From Candidatus Latescibacterota bacterium (GTDB lineage: Bacteria > Latescibacterota > UBA2968): a DNA stretch of 64,000 nucleotides. The position numbers and the translations under genes were made by a program. The stretch lies in contig OZ220741.1 in assembly GCA_965116885.1 (NCBI GenBank), positions 4,544,001-4,608,000 on the forward strand. Direction: 5' to 3'. Within the stretch, counting starts at the first letter, position 1. Every line of letters begins with the position of its first letter. A model generated the notes under the pieces. It did no database searches. It was not told the DNA's origin and saw nothing but the letters and a program-made list of their open reading frames with translations. Below, in pieces: positions 19,722 through 29,376 of this stretch.

Positions 19722-20634
19722 ATATGTGACAGCAATAGTGGTCAATTGGAATGCCGGAGAAAACCTGGCACAGTGCATTGCCGCCTTGATCAATCAGGAG
19801 GGAATAGATCTCGATGTGATCGTAGTCGATAATGCATCATCTGATAACAGCCTGGAGGCATTGGAAACTTATGGCGATCGCGTGCGCGTGATTCAAACCG
19901 GCGCAAACCTGGGCTTCGGGCGTGCCGTGAACCGCGGCGTAGCTGTCTCGCACAGCGCGATTGTCATCGCCTTAAATCCCGATGTCGTGTTACAACCAGA
20001 TGCGGTGAATACAATGGTCGAATTTTTGAACAAACACGCCCATGTGGGCATGGTGGGTCCGAAGCTTAAAGACGCGGATGGACGGGTGATCGCCTCTTGC
20101 GGTGAAGCGCCGAGGCTCAGAGATGAAATCTGTCGTAAATTCCTATTGCATCTAATATTTCCATTGCTTAAATTTCGGCGGCGAAGGCCCTCCAAACCCG
20201 AAACTGTCGTCTGGGTAACCGGGGCGTGTTTCGCGGTTCGGCGCCGCGTTCTGGATGTTGTCAACGGGTTGGACGAGGCCATTTTTATGTATTACGAAGA
20301 TGTCGATCTGGGCCTGTGCATCAACCGTGCTGGCTGGCGGGTCATGTATTTGCCCCACGCCGAAGGCATACACATCGGGGGCGAAAGTTCCAAACAAGCA
20401 CTGACGCGGATGCTCGTGGTCAGTGAGGCGTCTTATGCCTATTTTATTGCCAAACACCTGGGGCAATGGGCCGCACGCTTGCTCAGGCTCCTCCGCCCCA
20501 TCGAAATGACATTGCGAACACTGCTCTGGGGAAGTGTGTTTTTACTCGTCCGAAAGCATCGCACAGAGGCGCGAGCGCGTTTGCGGGCTTACTGGTTTAT
20601 CTTAACTCACGGCGCTGTGGAGGAAGGTCCATGA
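19711..20634 (+). CDS. Glycosyltransferase family 2 (WbbL-like)
   Basis: IVVNWN, VVDNASSD, NLGFG, LNPD, FMYYEDVD. Confidence 0.92.
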   Translation: MMPEYVTAIVVNWNAGENLAQCIAALINQEGIDLDVIVVDNASSDNSLEALETYGDRVRVIQTGANLGFGRAVNRGVAVSHSAIVIALNPDVVLQPDAVNTMVEFLNKHAHVGMVGPKLKDADGRVIASCGEAPRLRDEICRKFLLHLIFPLLKFRRRRPSKPETVVWVTGACFAVRRRVLDVVNGLDEAIFMYYEDVDLGLCINRAGWRVMYLPHAEGIHIGGESSKQALTRMLVVSEASYAYFIAKHLGQWAARLLRLLRPIEMTLRTLLWGSVFLLVRKHRTEARARLRAYWFILTHGAVEEGP

Positions 20635-21737
20635 TTCCCATTTTTCGCCCATGGTTTGACAATGCAGAAGTCGAAGCGGTACGCGAGGTATTGATGTCCG
20701 GTTGGGTTGGCCCCGGGGAAAAGGTCGAAGAACTCGAAGCGCGATTTGCCCATTATGTGGGGGCACAACACGCAGTATCTCTCAATTCGTGCTCTGCAGC
20801 ACTTCTGTTGGCCTTAAAAATACTGGATATCGAAGGGGGCGAGGTCATTACCACACCGTTGACCTTTGTCTCAACCAATCACGCAATTTTACAAAATGGA
20901 GCTACACCGGTATTTTGCGACATAGATCCCGAAACACTCAATATCGATCCAAAAGCAATTGCCGCTAAGATCACGCCGCGCACCCGAGCGATTATGGTGG
21001 TGCATTTTGCCGGGCACCCCTGCGACATGGATGAGATTCTATCCATCGCAAATGGAATTCCAGTTGTAGAAGACGCCGCACACGCCAGCGGCGCGCGTTA
21101 CAAAGATCGGATGATCGGCGGTGTGGGCACCGTGACGTGTTTTAGTTTTGACGCGCGCAAAAATTTGTCAACCTGTGACGGTGGAATGTTGACCACCAAC
21201 AATTCAGACCTCGCCGAGCGAGCGCGAAAACTGCGCTGGATGGGCATCTCGCGCGGAACTTATGATCGGTTTCGAAAAAATGGTGCAGAGCACCGATGGG
21301 AATACGAAGTAGGCGAACTCGGCTATAAATGCTATATGAACGATCTCAATGCGGCAATTGGTCTGGTGCAATTGGGCAAATTGGAGTCAGCCAATGCACA
21401 ACGCCGAGAGATTTTTTTGCAGTATGGACGTGCATTTGCCGCCCTCGACTGGATGCGAACACCTGTAGAAAAACCCCAGGTTCGCAGTGCAATGCACGCT
21501 TATGTGGCACGCGTATCCCAGCGCGATGAATTGATAGATCATCTGGGGCAACACAACATCGATGCGGGCGTACACTACAAGCCCTGCCATTTATTTGAAG
21601 TGTACAAACCTTATCGCACAGACTTGCCTGTCACCGATGCCGTGTGGCGCAATCTGATCACGCTCCCTCTATTTCCAAGTCTGACGGAGCGTGAAATTGG
21701 ACAAGTCATCGAAGCCGTAAAGAAGTTTGAAGTTTGA
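20631..21737 (+). CDS. DegT/DnrJ/EryC1/StrS sugar aminotransferase
   Basis: Start ATG 20631 (overlaps the upstream stop); EDAAH, FSFDARKNL (PLP lysine), LPLFP. Confidence 0.93.
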   Translation: MIPIFRPWFDNAEVEAVREVLMSGWVGPGEKVEELEARFAHYVGAQHAVSLNSCSAALLLALKILDIEGGEVITTPLTFVSTNHAILQNGATPVFCDIDPETLNIDPKAIAAKITPRTRAIMVVHFAGHPCDMDEILSIANGIPVVEDAAHASGARYKDRMIGGVGTVTCFSFDARKNLSTCDGGMLTTNNSDLAERARKLRWMGISRGTYDRFRKNGAEHRWEYEVGELGYKCYMNDLNAAIGLVQLGKLESANAQRREIFLQYGRAFAALDWMRTPVEKPQVRSAMHAYVARVSQRDELIDHLGQHNIDAGVHYKPCHLFEVYKPYRTDLPVTDAVWRNLITLPLFPSLTEREIGQVIEAVKKFEV

Positions 21738-21770
21738 AATTCCCCTTCACCGCCCAAAATTGTTGCCTCA

Positions 21771-21803
21771 CCTCACCCTTCACACTTCCTACTTCACACT
21801 TCT
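21771..21803. repeat. Degenerate heptamer repeat (CTTCACA-like)
   Basis: cctcacc-cttcaca-cttccta-cttcaca-cttct directly before ATG 21804. Confidence 0.6.
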
Positions 21804-23399
21804 ATGACGCCCGTTATCTTATTCGGTATTACCGCGATTCTATCGGCGTTGTTCACAGCGGTTGCGCGCCTGATAGCACGCCGTTTTAATGCGCCCAACG
21901 CGCCTGTTTCAACACTGGGCGGTACAGCTTTGCTGGCCGCTCTTTTTTGTGGCTTCTATTTTTTGCCCCAATCGCTCCCTTTGGGCCTCGTCATCGGTGC
22001 TGTGGGGATGGCACTTATCGGCATTTTAGATGACTGGAAGCCTTTTGCACCGCTGCACAAATTTGCGCTAACCCTCGCAGTTGCAGGCATTGCCGCCTGG
22101 CTCGGTCCGCGTATCCATCTCGCAAATATTATCTGGATAGACGCCACACTGACTGCGTTGTGGATGGTCTGGATGTGCCATGCGTTCAATGTTCTGGACA
22201 TGGAAGACGGTCTTTCCTCGGGTAGTGGAACCATTGCTTCATTGAGTTTGTGGATGATAAATGCAGGCGATTGGGCACTCGTAACAGCGGGTGCACTCCT
22301 GGGATATTTATTACACAATTTTCATCCCGCCCGTATCCTGATGGGCGATACCGGAAGCCTGTTAATTGGCTTTTTGCTGAGTGGTATGGCTATTTCTGTC
22401 GCAAATCATATTGGCGGTCTCCTGGGCGTCATCGGACCTCTGATTGCCCTGGGCTTACCTATCTTTGAAGCAATATTTATCAGTGCGCTCCGATTTGCCA
22501 AAGGCCGGTCCATTGTCCGACCCAGCCGAGATCACGTCGCACAGCGATTGATACAACGGGGGCTATCAGTGCGTGCAGCAGTCGCTCTGATGTGGTTGGC
22601 AGGCATTGTTTTGGGTAGTCTGGCCCTCGCGTTCGCCCTGGGACACTGGATCAGTCTGGTTGGTGTTGCGTGTCTCGCCATTGGTGCGTGGAGGGGATTG
22701 TCCTGCGTGGATATGGAAGGCGATGGATGTGATGGACGCCCGGTTGGCTTATTTGGCAAAAACTGGCTGATTCACCGCATAATGCGTCAGACAATGGAAG
22801 AAGTAAAGGAGATGGCGAGTGGAAAATTGCTGGATGTGGGGTGCGGCAATAAACCCTATGCCAGTATTTTTGGGGCACACGAGCAACAATACATCGGTCT
22901 GGAAAAAGGGCGCGAACGATATGAACGCGCCGATGTGTGGGGCGATGTGCTGGCCCTTCCCGTCCGCGATGATACCTGCGATACCGTGTTGTGCAATCAG
23001 GTCTTAGAACATGTGCCGCAGCCCCAATTGGCGATTGACGAAATGGCGCGCGTATTGCGACCGGGTGGCTATTTAATTCTCACCGCACCCCATATTTGGG
23101 GCTTGCACGAAGTCCCCCATGATTATTTTCGCTTTACGCCCTATGGCTTGCGCCATCTCGCTGAGAAATCGGGCCTGACGGTCCATACAACGCGCGCGCT
23201 TGCGGGATTTTGGGTCACAGCCGGAACGCGATTCTGTTATTATCTGGCGCGTTTTGAACGCGGTCCTCTAATCCCCTTTGTGCGCATTGGATTTTTTATC
23301 GTCCAACTCGGTGCTCTATTTTTAGATCGCTTGCACCGCGTGGAGAGCGAGGCGTGGAATTTTTTGCTCATCGCACAAAAGGACTTATCCCATGAGTGA
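21804..23399 (+). CDS. Fusion of WecA/MraY-family (GT4) polyprenyl-phosphate sugar-1-phosphate transferase and class I SAM methyltransferase
   Basis: LGG, GILDD, AFNVLD.EDG, FHPARILMGDTGS, RDH; then LLDVGCG, NQVLEHV, LRPGG, PHDYFRFT. Confidence 0.85.
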   Translation: MTPVILFGITAILSALFTAVARLIARRFNAPNAPVSTLGGTALLAALFCGFYFLPQSLPLGLVIGAVGMALIGILDDWKPFAPLHKFALTLAVAGIAAWLGPRIHLANIIWIDATLTALWMVWMCHAFNVLDMEDGLSSGSGTIASLSLWMINAGDWALVTAGALLGYLLHNFHPARILMGDTGSLLIGFLLSGMAISVANHIGGLLGVIGPLIALGLPIFEAIFISALRFAKGRSIVRPSRDHVAQRLIQRGLSVRAAVALMWLAGIVLGSLALAFALGHWISLVGVACLAIGAWRGLSCVDMEGDGCDGRPVGLFGKNWLIHRIMRQTMEEVKEMASGKLLDVGCGNKPYASIFGAHEQQYIGLEKGRERYERADVWGDVLALPVRDDTCDTVLCNQVLEHVPQPQLAIDEMARVLRPGGYLILTAPHIWGLHEVPHDYFRFTPYGLRHLAEKSGLTVHTTRALAGFWVTAGTRFCYYLARFERGPLIPFVRIGFFIVQLGALFLDRLHRVESEAWNFLLIAQKDLSHE

Positions 23400-25545
23400 T
23401 TTTATCGCGTCCATCAAAGCCAATTTTAATAAGCGGTACCCGGGTATCCACCATGCGATCGTGAAGCACTACTTCACATCTATCATCATCCCGATCATCT
23501 TCTTTGCATTTATCCTTCGATATTTCCAATTAAACATCGGTTTGCCCTATTTGTATTTCTGGGATGAACCGCTTACAGCCAGCAACGCGCTTCAGATGAT
23601 AAAAACGGGGGATTACAACCCCCATTTTTTTAAGTACGGTTCTCTGATGATTTATTTGAACCTGCTGATCGATCAGTTATACCGTATTTATCTCTCACTC
23701 GCAGGCGGGTTGGCAAGCGTGGAAAATATACGCATTGAAGCCGACACAGGTTGGCACTGGACGATATCTCATCCGAGCTTTTATTTTTGGAATCGTTTTT
23801 TGACCACCACAATGGGCACCGCAACAGTATTTATCACATATTTAATCAGCAGAACGATATGCAACAGATGGACGGGCATCATATCGGCCTTTTTTTTGTC
23901 TATTCTCCCGATCCACATTGTTCATTCGGGCTTTGTGACAATGGACGCGCCAGTTGCCCTATTTGTCTCGCTTGTCGCCCTATTCTCCATTTTGTTTATC
24001 AACCAAAAAAAAACTATCTATTTCATTTTTAGCTTAATATGCGTCGGATTTGCCACAGCGACAAAATACAATTCGGGCCTGACAATTTTGCTCCCCATTA
24101 CATCGCTAATTTGGATGTTTTATCGGGATGAAATTCCACGCCAAAAATTTTATTGGCTCGCGATCCCCTGCCTGCCCACGGTGACTTTCTTTCTCTCTAT
24201 GCCCTATGCAATTCTCGACTTTCCGAATTTTATCAAAGACATTTTACACCAAATTAATTACTACAAAACCACGGGACACCCCGGCGCAACAATCAACTCT
24301 GGATGGGATTATTTTTCGTTTCAGATACGAGAATTTTACCAAAACATCGGACTAATAGGCACCTTCCTGTTTGCAATCGGTCTGGTGGGGACAATTTCTC
24401 GCCCTGTATTGCTCCTCATCTTATTATTCCCCGTGAGCTATCTTTTATTTATGAGCGGCATGACCGTCAATTTTCACCGCAATTTTATACAGGTGTACCC
24501 ATTTATCGCCATTTTTGCAGGTGTTGCGTTTTACAATCTACATGTGGCATTGAAGCACTTTTACCCAAAGCTCAAAAAACCAATTCCGATTATATGTCTC
24601 GCAGCCGCGCTCGTTTTACTCCCGCGAGCTTATGACGCCTATCAAACGGGCAGGGTATTGCACAACACCAGAGATACCAGAAGCACAGTTATAGATACTC
24701 TCAACGCGATGGAAGGTGTGCAAAAAATCGTCTTTGCCAGAGAACTGCGTGTGCACGAACAAGACCTCAACAGATTAAAATATGACTATTCAATACAACC
24801 CATAGAAATAATGAGCGCGGAGCAAAATAGAGACCGCACACACTATGTCTTGCCCGTCGAAATATCTCAGATTTACACTTATCACCATAAGGAAATACAG
24901 ACCAAACAAACAATTATCGACAAAATCTCCGGCGAACATATCCTGCAATACATCGACAACAATTACATCGGGCAAAATATTGGCAAAGATTACATCAAAC
25001 AAAATGCCGCAACCATGCTCGATGTATTCTCCACGAGTCCCTCGCTGATCATCGCAAATCAGATACCACACGAACCGTCGCACCCTGGCACTATTGCATT
25101 TGATACCTGCAAGCTATCTCCCACAGGCGTGCAAATCAACATCCGCAATACCGCAATACTTCGCGATGGCGTCATAACAACCCCGGCTTACGACCTGAAA
25201 CCCGGAAAATACCTGTTCACCTTTCAAACAAAAAAATCTGTGACACCAGAACGATCACAAAGCTTTGTTTTTGGAGAATACGAAACAAGAATCACAGTAA
25301 AACGCCTGAATGCGTTCCGCGAACATGCGAGTATCAAAGTTTCAATCTTTACGGACCAGACGCTCTTAACGCAACAAATATTCATCCCAACAGAGAATTT
25401 CGCCCAAATGGATGCCTTTTTTTCGCTCGAAAAAAACCAGCGCGTTTCAGTCCAAATAGAGAATCTCCCTGATATATCCGCCTCTCTTTTACCTGTAGAA
25501 ACAACGATTAAGCAACTGAAAATAGAAAAAGCAGGTAAAAGGTAA
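23392..25545 (+). CDS. GT-C (PMT/GT39-like) membrane glycosyltransferase with soluble C-terminal domain
   Basis: WDEP acidic motif, NPHFFKYG, ATKY; about 11 TM helices. Confidence 0.75.
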   Translation: MSDFIASIKANFNKRYPGIHHAIVKHYFTSIIIPIIFFAFILRYFQLNIGLPYLYFWDEPLTASNALQMIKTGDYNPHFFKYGSLMIYLNLLIDQLYRIYLSLAGGLASVENIRIEADTGWHWTISHPSFYFWNRFLTTTMGTATVFITYLISRTICNRWTGIISAFFLSILPIHIVHSGFVTMDAPVALFVSLVALFSILFINQKKTIYFIFSLICVGFATATKYNSGLTILLPITSLIWMFYRDEIPRQKFYWLAIPCLPTVTFFLSMPYAILDFPNFIKDILHQINYYKTTGHPGATINSGWDYFSFQIREFYQNIGLIGTFLFAIGLVGTISRPVLLLILLFPVSYLLFMSGMTVNFHRNFIQVYPFIAIFAGVAFYNLHVALKHFYPKLKKPIPIICLAAALVLLPRAYDAYQTGRVLHNTRDTRSTVIDTLNAMEGVQKIVFARELRVHEQDLNRLKYDYSIQPIEIMSAEQNRDRTHYVLPVEISQIYTYHHKEIQTKQTIIDKISGEHILQYIDNNYIGQNIGKDYIKQNAATMLDVFSTSPSLIIANQIPHEPSHPGTIAFDTCKLSPTGVQINIRNTAILRDGVITTPAYDLKPGKYLFTFQTKKSVTPERSQSFVFGEYETRITVKRLNAFREHASIKVSIFTDQTLLTQQIFIPTENFAQMDAFFSLEKNQRVSVQIENLPDISASLLPVETTIKQLKIEKAGKR

Positions 25546-25594
25546 GACGACCCTACCCTATCCCCCTCATATCTCACGTCTCACCGCCTTTTAC

Positions 25595-25630
25595 TGTTGT
25601 AAAAATTCACACCTGTGCCATTGCGTCACA
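25595..25630 (+). promoter_or_regulatory. Tandem upstream activator sites for a sigma54 enhancer-binding protein
   Basis: Two adjacent TGT-N11-ACA boxes (25595-25611 and 25614-25630) upstream of the -24/-12 element. Confidence 0.6.
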
Positions 25631-25696
25631 TATCCCGCTTTTTCTTATATTTTATATCCTATTGTAATTAAACAAGTTAAAAATATTCAAGCCAAT

Positions 25697-25712
25697 TGGC
25701 ACGCCATTTGCA
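25697..25712 (+). promoter_or_regulatory. Sigma54 (-24/-12) promoter
   Basis: TGGCACGCCATTTGCA matches TGGCACG-N4-TTGCA exactly, with GG-N10-GC spacing. Confidence 0.85.
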
Positions 25713-25755
25713 TAACACTTTACCGCACGCAAAAACCCCAACGGAGAAATGTGCG

Positions 25756-27114
25756 GTGAAAACAATTTACTACACAGTGCTTCTGATAGCCATCTCGCTA
25801 CACGGCTGCACCTCCTATTCTCACTTTTCGGGCGACTTTCGCACGAGCCTGCGCGCGCGTAACTACGAAGACGCCCGTGCAAAAATCAAAAAGTCGAGAA
25901 AAAGAGGCAACCAATTGCTCTATCTCCTCGAAAATGGCCTCCTCACCCACTATCAGGGCCACTACGAAACATCCAACCGCTATTTTGCCGAAGCCGAGCG
26001 GCTATCTGATCGACTCTACACCCGCTCAGTTTCCCGAGAAGCCGCCGCATTTTTAACCAACGACGCCATACGCAACTACCGCGGCGACAGCTTTGAAATG
26101 GTTGCCATTCACTACTATCGCGCGCTGAACTACTGGTACCTGGGCCTCCCAGAAGACGCCCTTGTCGAATGTCGCAAAGCCAATTTGAAACTCGACCAAT
26201 ACGCCATTCACAACGGACAGGCGAGTTACAAAAATGACGCCTTCATTCACTACATCACCGGCCTGTTCTACGAAGCCACCGGCGAATACAACGACGCCCG
26301 CGTCTCCTATCAGCACGCACAAGACGCCTATTTGTACTACAAAAAAAAGTTCCATATCGCCCCGCCTCAAACCATCGCTGAAGATCTCGAACAGGTAGAT
26401 AACATTCTCAATGGCGAGGAAGCCGACATGCGTTTTGCCTCGCTCAACATCCCGCCCTTTGTCCCACCTGTGGGCAATGGCGAACTCGTGATCTTTTCTG
26501 AAATCGGTTTTATCCCCCGCAAAGTGCAAGAAGAAATAGATCTCCCCATTTACGAAGAGGACATAAAGCGCGGCAAAGGCGACAAAATATCTTCCATCGC
26601 CACCGAGATCTCACGCCGCCATCACCGCGTATATCCCATTCGCGATGTCGATTACTGGTTGCGTGTCGCCCTTCCCAAATACGAAGCCGTTGCCCCGCGC
26701 ACAAAGCGCATTCTCATCCGCGCAGGAAACCGCACCATTCAAACGCAGATCGCCCAAAATTACGCCACAATTGCAAAAACATCGCTCCGGGATCACTACC
26801 CGAGAATTATGATCAGAACAATTGCACGCGGGCTTGTGAAATACATAGCCCACCGAGAGGCCAAAGACGAAAATGAAGTCCTCGGTTTTTTCGTCAACCT
26901 GTTCAACATCTCAACCGAAATCGCCGACACGCGCAGTTGGATCTCCTTGCCCCACAATATTCAAATCGGCCGCCTCGAACTGCCACCCGGCACTCACACC
27001 ATCACACTCGAAGCACTCGACGCCAACGGACGCATTATCGAAACCGAAACATTTACCAACATCGAAATCAAACCCGGTCAACGAACGTTCTTGAATCACA
27101 GAGTCTATCAATAA
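25756..27114 (+). CDS. COG3014-family TPR-like lipoprotein
   Basis: GTG after GGAG; lipobox LHGC; Y.G..FE, ALVE.R and ADTRSW..LP motifs. Confidence 0.8.
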   Translation: MKTIYYTVLLIAISLHGCTSYSHFSGDFRTSLRARNYEDARAKIKKSRKRGNQLLYLLENGLLTHYQGHYETSNRYFAEAERLSDRLYTRSVSREAAAFLTNDAIRNYRGDSFEMVAIHYYRALNYWYLGLPEDALVECRKANLKLDQYAIHNGQASYKNDAFIHYITGLFYEATGEYNDARVSYQHAQDAYLYYKKKFHIAPPQTIAEDLEQVDNILNGEEADMRFASLNIPPFVPPVGNGELVIFSEIGFIPRKVQEEIDLPIYEEDIKRGKGDKISSIATEISRRHHRVYPIRDVDYWLRVALPKYEAVAPRTKRILIRAGNRTIQTQIAQNYATIAKTSLRDHYPRIMIRTIARGLVKYIAHREAKDENEVLGFFVNLFNISTEIADTRSWISLPHNIQIGRLELPPGTHTITLEALDANGRIIETETFTNIEIKPGQRTFLNHRVYQ

Positions 27115-27133
27115 TTCCACAAGGAGGAACACA

Positions 27134-27949
27134 ATGACAATTCCACATCGCAGCCTTTTGCCGATCATCATTTTCAGCCTGTTGGTCATGCCAACGGCAA
27201 ACGCGGCAAAACCAGACCTGCCGCCCACGCGGGGCATCGTCGTCAACCTCGTCGAATGGGACGGCGGAGAACTGCCCGCAGTTTATGAACGCACGGACCA
27301 ACTCCCCTTCACCCGTGAGGACCTGTTGCAATTGGTACAAAGCGACTTTAAACCCGATCAAATCGCACAGATGATTTCCGAGCGGCGATATGCGGGCGAT
27401 GCGTCTGCCGAAGGGCTGATTGAGCTCAAACAAGCTGGTCTTGAGTCCGTCGTGATACAGGCCATCTCCAAACACGCGCTCGCGCCCAACCAATCGCTCA
27501 ACCTCACCATTTACCTGACCTTTGACGGCCCTTCCCAAACAGCGCGCCATCGCTTCCTCTACGTCATCATTCCCGACGGCGAGATCCAGCGCGTCTTCAC
27601 CGCAGACTTAAACACCGTGCTCGCCGGACAGTGGAAAAGAGACACCCTGATCGATGCCACAGACCCCTTGATTCCGCGAAAAATCCGGCGCGTCACCTTC
27701 TCGGGAACAATCCCGCTCAAAACACACGGCAGCAAAACTGTTCGCATCTTCACATCTTCGCGTCCGGGCATCCATCAAATCGACGAGATACCGGCGATAG
27801 ACCTCTCGCGGGTTCAAACATATCAAATGGATTACCCAGTCAGTTCACCCATTCAAGACTGCCGCGCCTACATTCGCTACAAACAGGATGTGGTGTTACC
27901 CGATAAATGGCACATGATGGACACGCGCATGGAATGCGAGTGGCGATAA
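27134..27949 (+). CDS. Secreted hypothetical protein
   Basis: AGGAGG Shine-Dalgarno; signal peptide ending ANA; 271-aa ORF inside the operon. Confidence 0.7.
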   Translation: MTIPHRSLLPIIIFSLLVMPTANAAKPDLPPTRGIVVNLVEWDGGELPAVYERTDQLPFTREDLLQLVQSDFKPDQIAQMISERRYAGDASAEGLIELKQAGLESVVIQAISKHALAPNQSLNLTIYLTFDGPSQTARHRFLYVIIPDGEIQRVFTADLNTVLAGQWKRDTLIDATDPLIPRKIRRVTFSGTIPLKTHGSKTVRIFTSSRPGIHQIDEIPAIDLSRVQTYQMDYPVSSPIQDCRAYIRYKQDVVLPDKWHMMDTRMECEWR

Positions 27950-28051
27950 GACACGCCTTTCGCCTTTCATCTGCGTTTATCTGCGAAAAACGCTCAAATT
28001 ACTCGCGTTTTTTTCTGCGGATACTTTCACCTCTCAACAAGGAGTTAAGCC

Positions 28052-28639
28052 ATGAAACTCATCACCTATGCAGCAATCGTCCTCATCGGTATCACAACCG
28101 GATGCGCTGGTCCCAGAGCCTTTACAAAAGGGACCTATGAAGATCCCAAAACCATTGCCCTGCTCGACGACCGCTTTAACGAAAACGACATGCAACTCAT
28201 CGCCAAAAAAGTCGTCAATTCAATCCTCGAAGCACCGTTGAACAGGCCCGAACCCGCCATCATGCTCGGCAAAATGCGCAATCGCACCACCGAACACATC
28301 GACATGGTGGCCCTCTCTGACAAAATTAAAACCGCATTGATCCAGAGCGGCAAAGTGCGCTTTGTCGATGTCAACAACCGGAAAGACATCGCCACAGAAT
28401 ACGAATATCAACAATCGGGCTATGTCGATCCCGCACAGGCCAAGGCACCGGGCAAACAGACCGGATCAGACCTGATCCTCACCGGCACGCTCAGCGCGAA
28501 CGTGCAGGAAGTGGGCAAAGACAAACTCATCTACTACAAAGCCACCTTCCAACTGACGGACCTGGTCTCATCAGAAATTATATGGACCGACGAAAAAGAA
28601 ATCCGCAAAGCCTATAAAAAGCGCAGCATAGGATTGTAA
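28052..28639 (+). CDS. lpoB: Penicillin-binding protein activator LpoB-family lipoprotein
   Basis: Lipobox TTGC; NRTTEHID, SGKVRFV, IIWTDEKEIRK. Confidence 0.85.
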   Translation: MKLITYAAIVLIGITTGCAGPRAFTKGTYEDPKTIALLDDRFNENDMQLIAKKVVNSILEAPLNRPEPAIMLGKMRNRTTEHIDMVALSDKIKTALIQSGKVRFVDVNNRKDIATEYEYQQSGYVDPAQAKAPGKQTGSDLILTGTLSANVQEVGKDKLIYYKATFQLTDLVSSEIIWTDEKEIRKAYKKRSIGL

Positions 28640-28760
28640 TTGTGCTGGAGGCCTGAGATTATTAGGTTGGAATTACGAGGAATCGAGCATTAAAAATTAA
28701 GGGGTGGGTATCCTGTACATCCTTCCATCCTTTAATCCCGATCCAGAAAGGAGCAAAACC

Positions 28761-29306
28761 ATGAAACACCTGTTATACACACTCGCAATCGCTATACTTT
28801 TGGGGAGCAGCGCCAGCGCGCAAACTGGCCGCACTGATGGGGCGGAAGAAAGCGAATTTGGCAAAGGGGGGTACCCTTTTGGCAGTCCGAGCCATCGCGT
28901 CTATCTCAACACTGCCTTTGGCTCCGGATTTTTTGATCTGACGGACGTCAACAAAACGCGCACGGGTTTTCTCTACGGGATTGAACTCGGCGTCGAAATG
29001 GACCAGTGGCTCGGCATTCAGGCAGGCTATAATTATCTTTCTGACCGCGACATGTCCATCTTCAGCCTCGGCTCGCGTTTTGCCTACGCCTTTGACCCCT
29101 TTGTGTACCACGTCTCGCTCAACGCCGGGCTATACGCACCCACTGAAGGCAGCCGCAACTTTGGCCTGGCACCCGGCGCTGGCATAGACATCGTCCTCCA
29201 CAAAAGGGTGCGTATCGGACTCGACTACAAACACGACTTTATCTTTACCGACAACCGCACCACCGACATGGACCGGATTTACGCGGGTCTCAAATTCTTC
29301 TTTTAA
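28761..29306 (+). CDS. Small outer-membrane beta-barrel protein
   Basis: AAGGAG Shine-Dalgarno; signal peptide; alternating beta strands; C-terminal YAGLKFFF. Confidence 0.8.
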   Translation: MKHLLYTLAIAILLGSSASAQTGRTDGAEESEFGKGGYPFGSPSHRVYLNTAFGSGFFDLTDVNKTRTGFLYGIELGVEMDQWLGIQAGYNYLSDRDMSIFSLGSRFAYAFDPFVYHVSLNAGLYAPTEGSRNFGLAPGAGIDIVLHKRVRIGLDYKHDFIFTDNRTTDMDRIYAGLKFFF

Positions 29307-29315
29307 TGAAAAAAC

Positions 29316-29349
29316 AAGAGGCGAGGGACTGTTTGGCCCTCGCCTCTCT
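29316..29349. terminator. Hairpin between convergent genes
   Basis: gaggcgaggg / ccctcgcctc stem, A-rich on its left side. Confidence 0.7.
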
Positions 29350-29376
29350 CCGTCTTAGCCACCTGTCACATATCAC

